Source: the human T2T-CHM13v2.0 reference genome, Homo sapiens. From it: a stretch of 64,000 nt of DNA. Made by a program: the position numbers and the translations under genes. The notes beneath the pieces are model-generated. The model did no database searches. It was not told the DNA's origin and saw only the letters and a list, made by a program, of their open reading frames with translations. The stretch lies in assembly GCF_009914755.1 (NCBI RefSeq), contig NC_060945.1. One strand, 5' to 3'. Each line of letters starts with the position of its first letter. Position 1 is the stretch's first letter. Below are positions 28,543 through 40,153 of the stretch, one piece after another.

Positions 28543-29022
28543 GTAAGTCCCCAGGGCACCCACTGTCCTACAGCCACCTTGGCTGTCACACAGAGCCCCA
28601 CAGAGGGGCTGGGCCTTCTTCTCCCCTGGCCTCTGCGTCTGGGGGTCCTTCTAGGATGTGCCAGTCTGGTGGGCAGTGGATTAGCAGCTGAGTTCCCACG
28701 GAAGGTGAAGGCCTGGGAAAGGGAGGGCTCTCTGGGTGTGGAGCTGCTTCCAGCTGGGTCTGCTAAGGGCCTGAGCCCAGGGTTGCTAGGGGCACCCCCA
28801 TTTTCCCAGGCTCAGCAAGGTGAAGTGACCAATGAGGGCCAAGTGGCGTCAGGCCGTGGCTCCTGCTCTCCGTACCCCTGTTCCCTCCCGTCTCTGACTG
28901 GGGGAGGCTGCTATGTGGCCTCATACAGGGGCTGGTGCTTCTGGGCTTGGGGACCCCTGAGTGGTGGTGGCCTCCATTTCAGAACATCGCCCTCAGCAGC
29001 CGCCTCTCCCCGTTCCTTGCAG

Positions 29023-29065
29023 GTGTTTGCTGAGTCCAGCCGCCCCGGGCCTCCAGGATTGCCAG
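29023..29065 (+). CDS. COL18A1: COL18A1 exon 31 (43 bp)
   Basis: TGCAG|VFAESSRPGPPGLP+G|GTGAGG. Confidence 0.95.
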
Positions 29066-29571
29066 GTGAGGGTCCTGGGCTCACAGCTGGGGACACAGGC
29101 TCTGAAGGGATGCTCCAGAGCCCCACCTTCCTTCCCGTGCCAGCAGCAGTGAGACTCCCCCAGTGGCCCAAGGCCAGTGCTACACGCCCAGCCCACGCCC
29201 CAGTTCCGATGACCTTGGCCCTTCCTGCGGGCCCTCCCAGCACAGCCGTCCAGGACCTGACCTTGGGGTGGCCCCCATTTGCTGTTCTCCGTTGAGATTT
29301 TGCTTCTCTGGCCAAAGCAGGGTGGAAGCAGCCCCGTCCCTCCTGTTGGTCAGCACGTGCCCTGCAGGTGTGGCCTGGCCCCCACATGGCCTGCTGACGG
29401 GGACCCAGGGCGCCCCTGCTCTCCAGCAGCTCCTACCCTGACTGTCCCCATGTCCATCTGATGCCCCCCCATCCAGGCCCCCAGGCACTAGGGCATTTCG
29501 GGCAGGAGGGGCACCACCCTGGAGTCCTCCCTGGCACATTCCTGATGGGCACTGGGTCTCTCTTCCTCCAG

Positions 29572-29634
29572 GGAATCAGGGCCCTCCAGGACCCAAGGGC
29601 GCCAAAGGAGAAGTGGGCCCCCCCGGACCACCAG
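29572..29634 (+). CDS. COL18A1: COL18A1 exon 32 (63 bp)
   Basis: TCCAG|(G)[20 protein letters not shown]+G|GTGAGC. Confidence 0.96.
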
Positions 29635-30261
29635 GTGAGCAACTCTGGACATCCCAGGCAGGAGAGCCATGGCGTGGCCAGCACTGAAGTGTGGTCACAC
29701 CTAGAGCCGCCACCACAAGCAGGTCCTGGACCCTCACTGGGTGGTGACCACCTCACCCTGCGGGAGGAAGGAAGCCCCTTCTGGGTTGATGGGGGCCTCA
29801 TAGGACCTGGATTTGGGGGCGAGGGTGGCTGCAGGGCACAGGCCCAGCAAGATAGCCCCATCACCTCCTGAGGAGCAGATGGCTGCCCTTCCATGCTAGA
29901 CCCAGGTGGGCACTGCGCAGAGACACAGCAGCTTCAGTGTCCTGAGATGCCCCCTCCCCTCCACGGGGCCGGGGGTCGGCACTGGAGGACTCTCTGTCGA
30001 GAAACTCTCCAGGGTTTCATGTGGGAAGGAGGCGTTGCCCGACAGGCCGTCTGGAGGGTGAGCCCAGCACCCCTGCTCCCCCAAAGGACAAGAATTCCCC
30101 CCTGAGCCCCACCTCCATTGAGGGTGGCAGGGCTGCTTGGATGTCCTGCCAAGACCACTGAGAACAGCTGGATAAAATGTGAGAAAACCACTGTTTGAGG
30201 ATGTCTGGGGGCTGGCAGAGCAGAAGCCCAGAGAGCCAGGCTAGCCTCGGGCGCCTTTCAC

Positions 30262-30481
30262 CACCAGGGTCCCCTCTCGCCGCCACGGTCCCCTCTCGCC
30301 GCCAGGGTCCCCTCTCACCGCCAGGGTTCCCTCTCGCCACCACGGTCCCCTCTCGCCGCCAGGGTCCCCTCTCGCCGCCAGGGTCCCCTCTCGCCGCCAC
30401 GGTCCCCTCTCGCCGCCAGGGTCCCCTCTCGCCGCCACGGTCCCCGCTCGCCGCCAGGGTCCCCTCTCGCTGCCAGGGTCC
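30262..30481. repeat. 19-bp VNTR, ~11 copies
   Basis: CCA(G/C)GGTCCCCTCTCGCCG repeated. Confidence 0.94.
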
Positions 30482-31331
30482 TCTGCAGAGGAGGCCGCCA
30501 TACCTGCTCTTGCTGGGGCTGCACTCTGGGGTGGGAAGGGACCAGGCAGGCAGAGGCCGAGTCTGGGCCGGGACATCCTTAAGGCCTGTGGAGGCAAAGG
30601 CAGGCAGAAAGCAAGCGGGAAGATGGAAGATGCGCCCATGCCAGCCTTGGATCTCTCAGCGTCACACACGACGCCCAGGAAGGAGTGAATGATGCACAGA
30701 TGACCAGAAACCAGGAGAAGAGGCCAGTGACACACCAGACCAGGAGGCCCAGCTCATGGGGTCATCGGACCCACCTTGAACTCTGAAGGTCACACATTCA
30801 AAAGCCACAGGAAGTCTGGAGATGGCAGCAGAGAGCTGGGAAGCTCAGAGGTGTCAGGATGAACCTGGGGCTGAAGGCGGAACAGTTGGAGATTGAGACC
30901 TGTGTATAGGTTTTGGTCGACGTGGGATTGCTTGTCCCTGGGAGCCAGAACGAGGGCTCCGAGGGCTCTAGAGGGAACAGTGTTTGCAGGCGGAATGGCT
31001 GATGCTCTTCCAAAGCCAAGGAAGGCTCAGAGCATTCCCCTCATTCGAAGGATCAACAATTAGAGTGACGAGATTTCTCAACAAAACGGGAGAAGCCAGA
31101 AGACCATAAATGGTTTCCAAAATATCCAAGAAAGTCAATTGCCAGTGTAGACTCCGACAGCCAGTGGTACTCCCGTGGCCTTCAGAACGAAGATGACATG
31201 CAGGCCAGCCACTCCAGACCCGAGCTGTGTCGGCGGTGGAGGGTATTTCAGGGGGAAGACAAGGCCAAGGGAAAGGAGTGCAGAGATGGGGAGAGACAAC
31301 GCTGGCAGGAACCGGCGTCCCAGCGACAGGG

Positions 31332-31905
31332 AGGTCAGAGGCTCCCTCGGGAACCAGCGTGGGCTGCCCCACATGGCATCCCAGGAACAGTGGGGTCAGA
31401 GGCTCCCGTGGGAACCCGCGTGGGCTGCCCCACATGGCATCCCAGGAACAGTGGGGTCAGAGGCTCCCTCGGGAACCCGCGTGGGCTGCCCCGCATGGCA
31501 TCCCAGGAACAGTGGGGTCAGAGGCTCCCTCAGGAACCTGCGTGGGCTGCCCCGCATGGCATCCCAGGAACAGTGGGGTCAGAGGCTCCCGTGGGAACCC
31601 GCGTGGGCTGCCCCACATGGCATCCCAGGAACAGTGGGGTCAGAGGCTCCCTCGGGAACCCGCGTGGGCTGCCCCGCATGGCATCCCAGGAACAGTGGGG
31701 TCAGAGGCTCCCTCAGGAACCTGCGTGGGCTGCCCCGCATGGCATCCCAGGAACAGTGGGGTCAGAGGCTCCCGTGGGAACCCGCGTGGGCTGCCCCACA
31801 TGGCATCCCAGGAACAGTGGGGTCAGAGGCTCCCTCGGGAACCCGCGTGGGCTGCCCCGCATGGCATCCCAGGAACAGTGGGGTCAGAGGCTCCCGCAGG
31901 AACCG
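31332..31905. repeat. 61-bp VNTR, ~9.5 copies, 3-unit higher-order repeat
   Basis: TCCCAGGAACAG recurs every 61 bp; unit variants cycle GTGG/CTCGG/CTCAG. Confidence 0.96.
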
Positions 31906-32339
31906 GCACAGGCTGCACAGCATGGTGTCCCATCGTCAGTGCAATTAGAGGTTCCCGTGGTCTCAGCGCCCTGGGGAGTGGTGGTAGTTCTCACTATATT
32001 GGACGGTGAGGTTGGAGAGGAATGCAGAGCTAACACTGGTGGAGAGGCAGGAGGGCAGGCAGGACGGCACACACACAGGACGTTTAAAACACACAGAGTA
32101 GATCCAAAAGAAGGCAAAACATGAGAGAAAAAGGAATGCAGAACACGTGGGATGAATAGAAACTAGGGAATAAACAGTAGATTTAGGTCCCGATACATCT
32201 ACAGGTGCTGTAAGTATGACGAGGGTAGATACATCCATTGAAGGACAGACATTGTCAATGGGATATGGCTAAACCATGTGCTGCTTACAAGAGACGCTCC
32301 CCGAACGTGAGGGCTGGAGAGGTCGAGGCACCCAGAGGC

Positions 32340-35300
32340 TGGTGTGGGTTTGGGTGTGTGTGGAGTGTGTGTATGTGGGTGTGCTGAGTGTGTGCAGTGT
32401 GGGGGTGTGGGTGGAGTGTGGAGTGTGTGCATGTGGGTGTGTAGTGTGGGGGTGTATAGTGTGGGTGTGTGTGGAGTGTGTATGTGGCTGGGTTGGGTGT
32501 ATAGTGTGGAGGTGTGAGGGGGTGTGTGGAGTGTTTGTGTTGGGTGTGTAGTGTGGAGGTGTGAGGGGGTGTGTGGAGTGTGCATATGTGGGTGTTGGGT
32601 GTGTAGTGGGGGTGTGTGGAGTGTGTATATGTGGGTGTGTAGTGGGGGTGTGAGGGGTGTGGAGTGTGCATATGTGGGTGTTGGGTGTGTAGTGTGTGAG
32701 GGGGTGGGGGTGTGTGGAGTGTGTGTATGTGGGTGTTGGGTGTGTGGTGTGGGGTGTGTGTGGAGTGTGGCTATGGGGGTGCTGGGTGTGTAGTGTGGGG
32801 GTGTGGTTTGGTGTGTGTGTGTTGGGTGTGTAGTGTGGGGGTGTGGTTTGGTGTGTGTGTGTTGGGTGTGTAGTGTGGGGGTGTGGTTTGGTGTGTGTTG
32901 GGTGTGTAGTGTGGGGGTGTGGTTTGGTGTGTGTTGGGTGTGTAGTGGGGTGTGGTTTGGTGTGTGTTGGGTGTGTAGTGTGGGGGTGTGGTTTGGTGTG
33001 TTGGGTGTGTAGTGTGGGGGTGTGGTTTGGTGTGTGTGTGTTGGGTGTGTAGTGTGGGGGTGTGGTTTGGTGTGTGTTGGGTGTGTAGTGTGGGGGTGTG
33101 GTTTGGTGTGTGTTGGGTGTGTAGTGTGGGGGTGTGGTTTGGTGTGTGTGTGTGTTGGGTGTGTAGTGTGGGGGTGTGGTTTGGTGTGTGTTGGGTGTGT
33201 AGTGTGGGGGTGTGGTTTGGTGTGTGTTGGGTGTGTAGTGTGGGGTTGTGGTTTGGTGTGTGTGTGTTGGGTGTGTAGTGTGGGGGTGTGGTTTGGTGTG
33301 TGTGTGTTGGGTGTGTAGTGTGGGGGTGTGGTTTGGTGTGTGTGTGTTGGGTGTGTAGTGTGGGGGTGTGGTTTGGTGTGTGTTGGGTGTGTAGTGTGGG
33401 GGTGTGGTTTGGTGTGTTGGGTGTGTAGTGTGGGGGTGTGGTTTGGTGTGTGTGTGTTGGGTGTGTAGTGTGGGGGTGTGGTTTGGTGTGTGTTGGGTGT
33501 GTAGTGTGGGGGTGTGGTTTGGTGTGTGTGTGTTGGGTGTGTAGTGTGGGGGTGTGGTTTGGTGTGTTGGGTGTGTAGTGTGGGGGTGTGGTTTGGTGTG
33601 TTGGGTGTGTAGTGTGGGGGTGTGGTTTGGTGTGTGTGTGTTGGGTGTGTAGTGTGGTGTGGTTTGGTGTGTGTGTGTTGGGTGTGTAGTGTGGGGGTGT
33701 GGTTTGGTGTGTGTTGGGTGTGTAGTGTGGGGGTGTGGTTTGGTGTGTGTTGGGTGTGTAGTGTGGGGGTGTGGTTTGGTGTGTTGGGTGTGTAGTGTGG
33801 GGGTGTGGTTTGGTGTGTGTGTTGGGTGTGTAGTGTGGGTGTGGTTTGGTGTGTGTTGGGTGTGTAGTGGGGTGTGGTTTGGTGTGTGTTGGGTGTGTAG
33901 TGTGGGGGTGTGGTTTGGTGTGTTGGGTGTGTAGTGTGGGGGTGTGGTTTGGTGTGTGTGTTGGGTGTGTAGTGTGGGGGTGTGGTTTGGTGTGTGTTGG
34001 GTGTGTAGTGTGGGGGTGTGGTTTGGTGTGTGTGTTGGGTGTGTAGTGTGGGGGTGTGGTTTGGTGTGTGTGTGTGTAGTGTGGGGGTGTGGTTTGGTGT
34101 GTTGGGTGTGTAGTGTGGGGGTGTGGTTTGGTGTGTGTGTGTTGGGTGTGTAGTGTGGGGGTGTGGTTTGGTGTGTGTTGGGTGTGGTTTGGTGTGTGTT
34201 GGGTGTGTAGTGTGGGGGTGTGGTTTGGTGTGTTGGGTGTGTAGTGTGGGGGTGTGGTTTGGTGTGTGTGTTGGGTGTGTAGTGTGGGGGTGTGGTTTGG
34301 TGTGTGTTGGGTGTGTAGTGTGGGGGTGTGGTTTGGTGTGTGTTGGGTGTGTAGTGTGGGGGTGTGGTTTGGTGTGTGTTGGGTGTGTAGTGTGGGGGTG
34401 TGGTTTGGTGTGTGTTGGGTGTGTAGTGTGGGGGTGTGGTTTGGTGTGTGTTGGGTGTGTAGTGTGGGGGTGTGGTTTGGTGTGTTGGGTGTGTAGTGTG
34501 GGGGTGTGGTTTGGTGTGTGTTGGGTGTGTAGTGTGGGGGTGTGGTTTGGTGTGTGTGTTGGGTGTGTAGTGTGGGGGTGTGGTTTGGTGTGTGTTGGGT
34601 GTGTAGTGTGGGGGTGTGGTTTTGTGTGTGTGTGTTGGGTGTGTAGTGTGGGGGTGTGGTTTTGTGTGTGTGTGTTGGGTGTGTAGTGTGGGGGTGTGGT
34701 TTGGTGTGTGTTGGGTGTGTAGTGTGGGGGTGTGGTTTGGTGTGTTGGGTGTGTAGTGTGGGGGTGTGGTTTGGTGTGTGTTGGGTGTGTAGTGTGGGGG
34801 TGTGGTTTGGTGTGTGTTGGGTGTGTAGTGTGGGGGTGTGGTTTTGTGTGTGTTGGGTGTGTAGTGTGGGGGTGTGGTTTGGTGTGTGTTGGGTGTGTAG
34901 TGTGGGGGTGTGGTTTTGTGTTTGTGTGTTGGGTGTGTAGTGTGGGGGTGTGGTTTTGTGTGTGTGTGTTGGGTGTGTAGTGTGGGGGTGTGGTTTGGTG
35001 TGTGTTGGGTGTGTAGTGTGGGGGTGTGGTTTGGTGTGTGTTGGGTGTGTATTGTGGGGGTGTGGTTTTGTGTGTGTGTGTTGGGTGTGTAGTGTGGGGG
35101 TGTGGTTTGGTGTGTGTTGGGTGTGTAGTGTGGGGGTGTGGTTTGGTGTGTGTTGGGTGTGTAGTGTGGGGGTGTGGTTTGGTGTGTTGGGTGTGTAGTG
35201 TGGGGGTGTGGTTTGGTGTGTGTTGGGTGTGTAGTGTGGGGGTGTGGTTTGGTGTGTTGGGTGTGTAGTGTGGGGGTGTGGTTTGGTGTGTGTGTGTTGG

Positions 35301-35458
35301 GTGTGTAGTGTGGGGGTGTGGTTTGGTGTGTGTTGGGTGTGTAGTGTGGGGGTGTGGTTTGGTGTGTGTGTGTTGGGTGTGTAGTGTGGGGGTGTGGTTT
35401 GGTGTGTGTTGGGTGTGTAGTGTGGGGGTGTGGTTTGGTGTGTGTGTGTGTGTGTGTG
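32340..35458. repeat. Large GT-rich VNTR (34-42-bp unit, ~70 copies in 32783-35458) with degenerate 5' flank
   Basis: GTTGGGTGTGTAGTGTGGGGGTGTGGTTTG(GT)n; I see no C on the + strand across ~2.7 kb. Confidence 0.98.
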
Positions 35459-35984
35459 CAAAGTATATCCTGGAGTAAGAAACATGGTCAAAAATAAATG
35501 TTCATTGAGACAACGGAGCAAGTCTACCAGAGAAAATGAGTAATTCTACATTTCTGTGCATCTAATGAGATAGCCTCAAGATATGACAAGTGAAAAATTG
35601 GCAAAGTGAAAAAGAAAAACACAAATCAATCATTATAGGGGGACTTTCAGCCCAGGGAGATCTGAACAGCAGGTCTGACAGGCGTCACCTGCGAAGGTCT
35701 CCAGGCCACGTCCCCAGCATCGGGACCGGGGTCTGCCCCAGAGGGGCCCAGGCTGGGCTGAAAGCAGGCCTGGCTTCCAGGAACTGTGACCCCACGAGTG
35801 CAGTAGAAGCAAGTGGGAAGTGCCCACAGGGCAGTGGTCTTCCACGTGGCTCAGGAATCCAGGAGAAGCAGGTGGAAGTCAGAAACCCCTGGGAGCTTAG
35901 GTGCGTCCAGGGCATCCTCAGCCCTCACACTGCAGCCGCAGGGGCCTTGCCCTGCACAATCCCCGGTCTCCCAGGTGGTGGGGC

Positions 35985-36320
35985 CTCCACAGCCGGTCAC
36001 CTCCCTCTGCAGAAGGACCCCCAGGGGCTCCACAGCCGGTCACCTCCCTCTGCAGAAGGACCCCCAGGGGCTTCAAAGCCGGTCACCTCCCTCTGCAGAA
36101 GGACCCCCAGGGGCTCCACAGCCGGTCACCTCTCTCTGCAGAAGGACCCCCAGGGGCTTCAAAGCCGGTCACCTCCCTCTGCAGAAGGACCCCCAGGGGC
36201 TTCAAAGCCGGTCACCTCCCTCTGCAGAAGGACCCCCAGGGGCTCCACAGCCGGTCACCTCCCTCTGCAGAAGGACCCCCAGGGGCTCCACAGCCGGTCA
36301 CCTCCCTCTGCAGAAGGACC
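35985..36320. repeat. 43-bp VNTR, ~8 copies
   Basis: CCGGTCACCTCCCTCTGCAGAAGGACCCCCAGGGGCT(CCAC/TCAA)AG repeated. Confidence 0.95.
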
Positions 36321-37208
36321 CGGAGCAGGGCCCAGCCCGAGAGGGAGCACGGGTCCTGACAGCAGCAGTGACCTCCAACCCCAGGGACAGCTCCTGTGGG
36401 ATGGGGGGCCCTGGGGGTGTGGAGCCACGTGCTCCAAAGCTTCTGGGTTACAGGGCATGCCTCCAGGGGTGAGGTGGTCCCCACCCCGGTCACGGTTTCA
36501 GGGGAACAGTCACAGGAGAAGGTTTGCCCAGGGCCGTCTAAGGTCCCACCTGGAAGGAGAAGGGGTTTTGTCATCTCCGTTGACAAAATTACAGCTTTAA
36601 GTAGTACCTGTTTCTACACATCAGCCTAAGATGTTAAAGAACAAACAGCATTTAAAGAACAACAAACAGTTATTTGATGAAAATAGATGGGAAGAAGTAT
36701 TAAACATCAAAAATGAGTGAAGGGAAATTGCGTATGTTTTATATATAAAAATAGCAAGGATCAAGAAAGTCCAAAAATCCAAAGTTAATTCTTTGCAAAG
36801 GCGAACAACATTCCTGCACCTCTGCCGGGACTGAGGAAAAGGAGAGAAGCAGCAACAAGCAGGGATTTCAGCAAAGGGCTCCTCCGTGGTCTGGAAGGAG
36901 CCACCTGGAACTGCCACAGCTTCACCCTTGGAGAGGGTGGAGGGACCCTCAAGTCAGGGCCAAGACACAGCTGCCTGCCCACCCTGGGAGGAGGCAGAGG
37001 AGAGATGGGAAGGGCAGGACGCTGGGAGGAAAGAAGCGCGTTGCTCTTTTCTCAGCACGTCTCCCACGTAAGCCCCACAAGTGGATCTGCAGGTGAACTC
37101 TCAGGATGAGTAAGTCAATGTACCGAAGTCACCAGATGGAAGGGCAGTCTAGAAAAACCACCACCGAGTCCTAAGCAATTAAAAATGAAGTTTTAAAAAG
37201 GCACCATT

Positions 37209-38017
37209 GTGAATAATGTCACAATAAACATACGTGTGCATGTGTCTTTATAGCAGCATGATTTATAGTCCTTTGTGTATATACCCAGTAATGGGATGGC
37301 TGGGTCAAATGGTATTTCTAGTTCTAGATCCCTGAGGAATCGCCACACTGACTTCCACAATGGTTGAACTAGTTTACAGTCCCACCAACAGTGTAAAAGT
37401 GTTCCTATTTCTCTACATCCTCTCCGGCACCTGTTGTTTCCTTACTTTTTAACGATCGCCATTCTAACTGGTGTGAGATCTCATTGTGGTTTTGATTTGC
37501 ATTTCTCTGATGGCCAGTGATGATGAGCATTTTTTCATGTGTTTTTTGGCTGCATAAATGTCTTCTTTTGAGAAGTGTCTGTTCATGTCCTTTGCCCACT
37601 TTTTGATGGGGTTGTTTGTGGCACATATACACCATGGAATACTACGCAGCCATAAAAAATGATGAGTTCATGTCCTTTGTAGGGACATGGATGAAATTGG
37701 AAATCATCATTCTCAGTAAACTATTGCAAGAACAAAAAACCAAACACCGCATATTCTCACTCATAGGTGGGAACTGAACAATGAGATCACATGGACACAG
37801 GAAGGGGAACATCACACTCTGGGGACTGTTGTGGGGTGGGGGGAGGGGGGAGGGATAGCATTGGGAGATATACCTAATGCTAGATGACGAGTTAGTGGGT
37901 GCAGCACACCAGCATGGCACATGTATACATATGTAACTAACCTGCACATCATGCACATGTACCCTAAAACTTAAAGTATAATAATAAATTTAAAAAATTT
38001 AAAAATAAAATAAAAAT
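37209..38017 (+). mobile_element. 5'-truncated, 5'-inverted young L1PA (L1PA2/3-like) with 14-bp TSD
   Basis: Antisense ORF2 piece 37209-37619, sense ORF2 end/3'UTR 37617-37980 with G-tract and A tail; TSD AAAAAGGCACCATT at 37195-37208 and 38018-38031; GAG (not ACA/ACG) at the 3'UTR diagnostic site. Confidence 0.95.
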
Positions 38018-38206
38018 AAAAAGGCACCATTAACAAAAACATCAGAAAGTATCGGTTAACTAGGAAGAACCTAATTAAATACGCGATCTCTACCGCGAAA
38101 TGGCTAGAAGGGCCTCAGGCAAACCCACCAGTGCTGGGGGCTGCAGAGGGAACCCGGCGCTGTCAGACACCACCTCAGCGAGACCCCGCCTGTCTCTCTC
38201 TTGCAG

Positions 38207-38250
38207 GGCAGTTTCCGTTTGACTTTCTTCAGTTGGAGGCTGAAATGAAG
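38207..38250 (+). CDS. COL18A1: COL18A1 exon 33 (44 bp)
   Basis: TGCAG|(G)[14 protein letters not shown]|GTGGGT. Confidence 0.96.
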
Positions 38251-38611
38251 GTGGGTGACCTCCCTGTGGGGTTGGGGGCCCCCAAGGTCCTGTACATCCC
38301 GCTGGGTGGCTGCTCCCAATTTCTCGCCCCATCCGGCCCAAGCCCCCTTCCTGTTCAGCCCTGCGAGGGGCGCTGGCTCCAGAGGGTGTCGAGGGCGTCC
38401 CTCAGGATGTTCCTGTCCCCGGCTCAGTTTTTGGGGGACTCGGCTGATGCAGTGGGAGGTGGGGAGTCGAGCCCTATTCTATGCAGCCAGCAGCTCCCAG
38501 GCCTGGGCTCCGGAAGCTTCTGACTGCCCAGCCCTGGCTCGGGGGGATGGGAGGCCACCTGTGGCTTGTAGGGGTTCAGGGCTCCCGTGTAACAAGTGTT
38601 TCCGTCCACAG

Positions 38612-38743
38612 GGGGAGAAGGGAGACCGAGGTGATGCAGGACAGAAAGGCGAAAGGGGGGAGCCCGGGGGCGGCGGTTTCTTCGGCTCCAGCCTGCCCGG
38701 CCCCCCCGGCCCCCCAGGCCCACGTGGCTACCCTGGGATTCCA
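38612..38743 (+). CDS. COL18A1: COL18A1 exon 34 (132 bp), contains RGD
   Basis: CACAG|[44 protein letters not shown]|GTAAGT. Confidence 0.96.
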
Positions 38744-39320
38744 GTAAGTCCCAGCCTGTGCAGGCAGAGCCCATGTCCCAGGGGTCTGGGTGCAGGAGCC
38801 GAGGGCAGGTCCAGCCCGGCCTTCGACACCCGCGAAGGCCGGAGCTGCCCCTGCAAGCTCAGCAGCCCCGACATGTCCCTGTCCCCGTGTGGGGACGCAG
38901 CAGGCCACATGGGTGTGGGTGCACTGACCCCGGACACCCCCCGTCCCCCTGCAGCGTTCCATGGCCTGCCCTCCTGCTGGGGCCACGTGCATCCACCTCT
39001 GCTCCTGGGCCGGGTCAGGTCAGATCAGGGTTTAGGCCCATCAGTCCTGAAAGACTCCAGAGAGCCATGGGCCCCAGCTACTGCCTGGGGGCCCACACTG
39101 TTGTCAGGTCTCTGCTGGTCTCTCCCCCGGGATCGCACCCCCAGGGAAGAAGGGGTGATGGTGTGGGGGTTTCTCAGGCTATGGCGTGGGCAGGGAGGGG
39201 ACCGGTGACTCAGAGGCTGCGCTCGCCAAGGGGGTCTTGGCAGCTGCAGTCCCACAAGCTTGCCCGCCCCCAGTCCAGGGCACGAGGTAACCAGGAAGCG
39301 TCTCTTGTCGCCGTCCGTAG

Positions 39321-39944
<624 letters not shown>

Positions 39945-40024
39945 TGAAACGGGCATTCCTTCCTTCCGCCCCTGCCCCCCGCCCTCCCCGCCAAGCCCCA
40001 CACCTCTGCATTTGGTCCCAGCAG

Positions 40025-40153
40025 GTGAGGCTCTGGGCTACACGCCAGGCCATGCTGGGCCAGGTGCACGAGGTTCCCGAGGGCTGGCTCATCTTCGTGG
40101 CCGAGCAGGAGGAGCTCTACGTCCGCGTGCAGAACGGGTTCCGGAAGGTCCAG
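40025..40153 (+). CDS. COL18A1: COL18A1 exon 37 (129 bp), NC1 trimerization domain
   Basis: CAGCAG|[43 protein letters not shown]|GTGAGC. Confidence 0.96.

Larger units (their letters stand above)
31000..37200 (+). mobile_element. Scattered fragments of an ancient L1M element interrupted by VNTRs
   Basis: A-rich L1 ORF2-like pieces such as TGTGCTGCTTACAAGAGAC (~32276-32294) and AAACACAAATCAATCATTATAGGGGGACTTT (~35617-35647); boundaries approximate. Confidence 0.45.

Noticed and set aside
29618-29624. C7 run, a recalled Knobloch frameshift site
   Set aside because: Run length keeps the frame (GGC CCC CCC GGA); no lesion here
32771-35521. 916-aa His/Thr/Pro-rich ORF on the - strand
   Set aside because: Translation of the CA-rich VNTR strand, which rarely forms stops; non-ATG start and no domain
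37405-37956. ORFs within the L1PA copy
   Set aside because: Fragments of a ~0.8-kb truncated, inverted element; cannot encode a functional ORF2p
38740-38750. Apparent missing G at ATTCCA|GTAAGT
   Set aside because: Phase-0 junction; the next exon starts GGT, so the frame is intact
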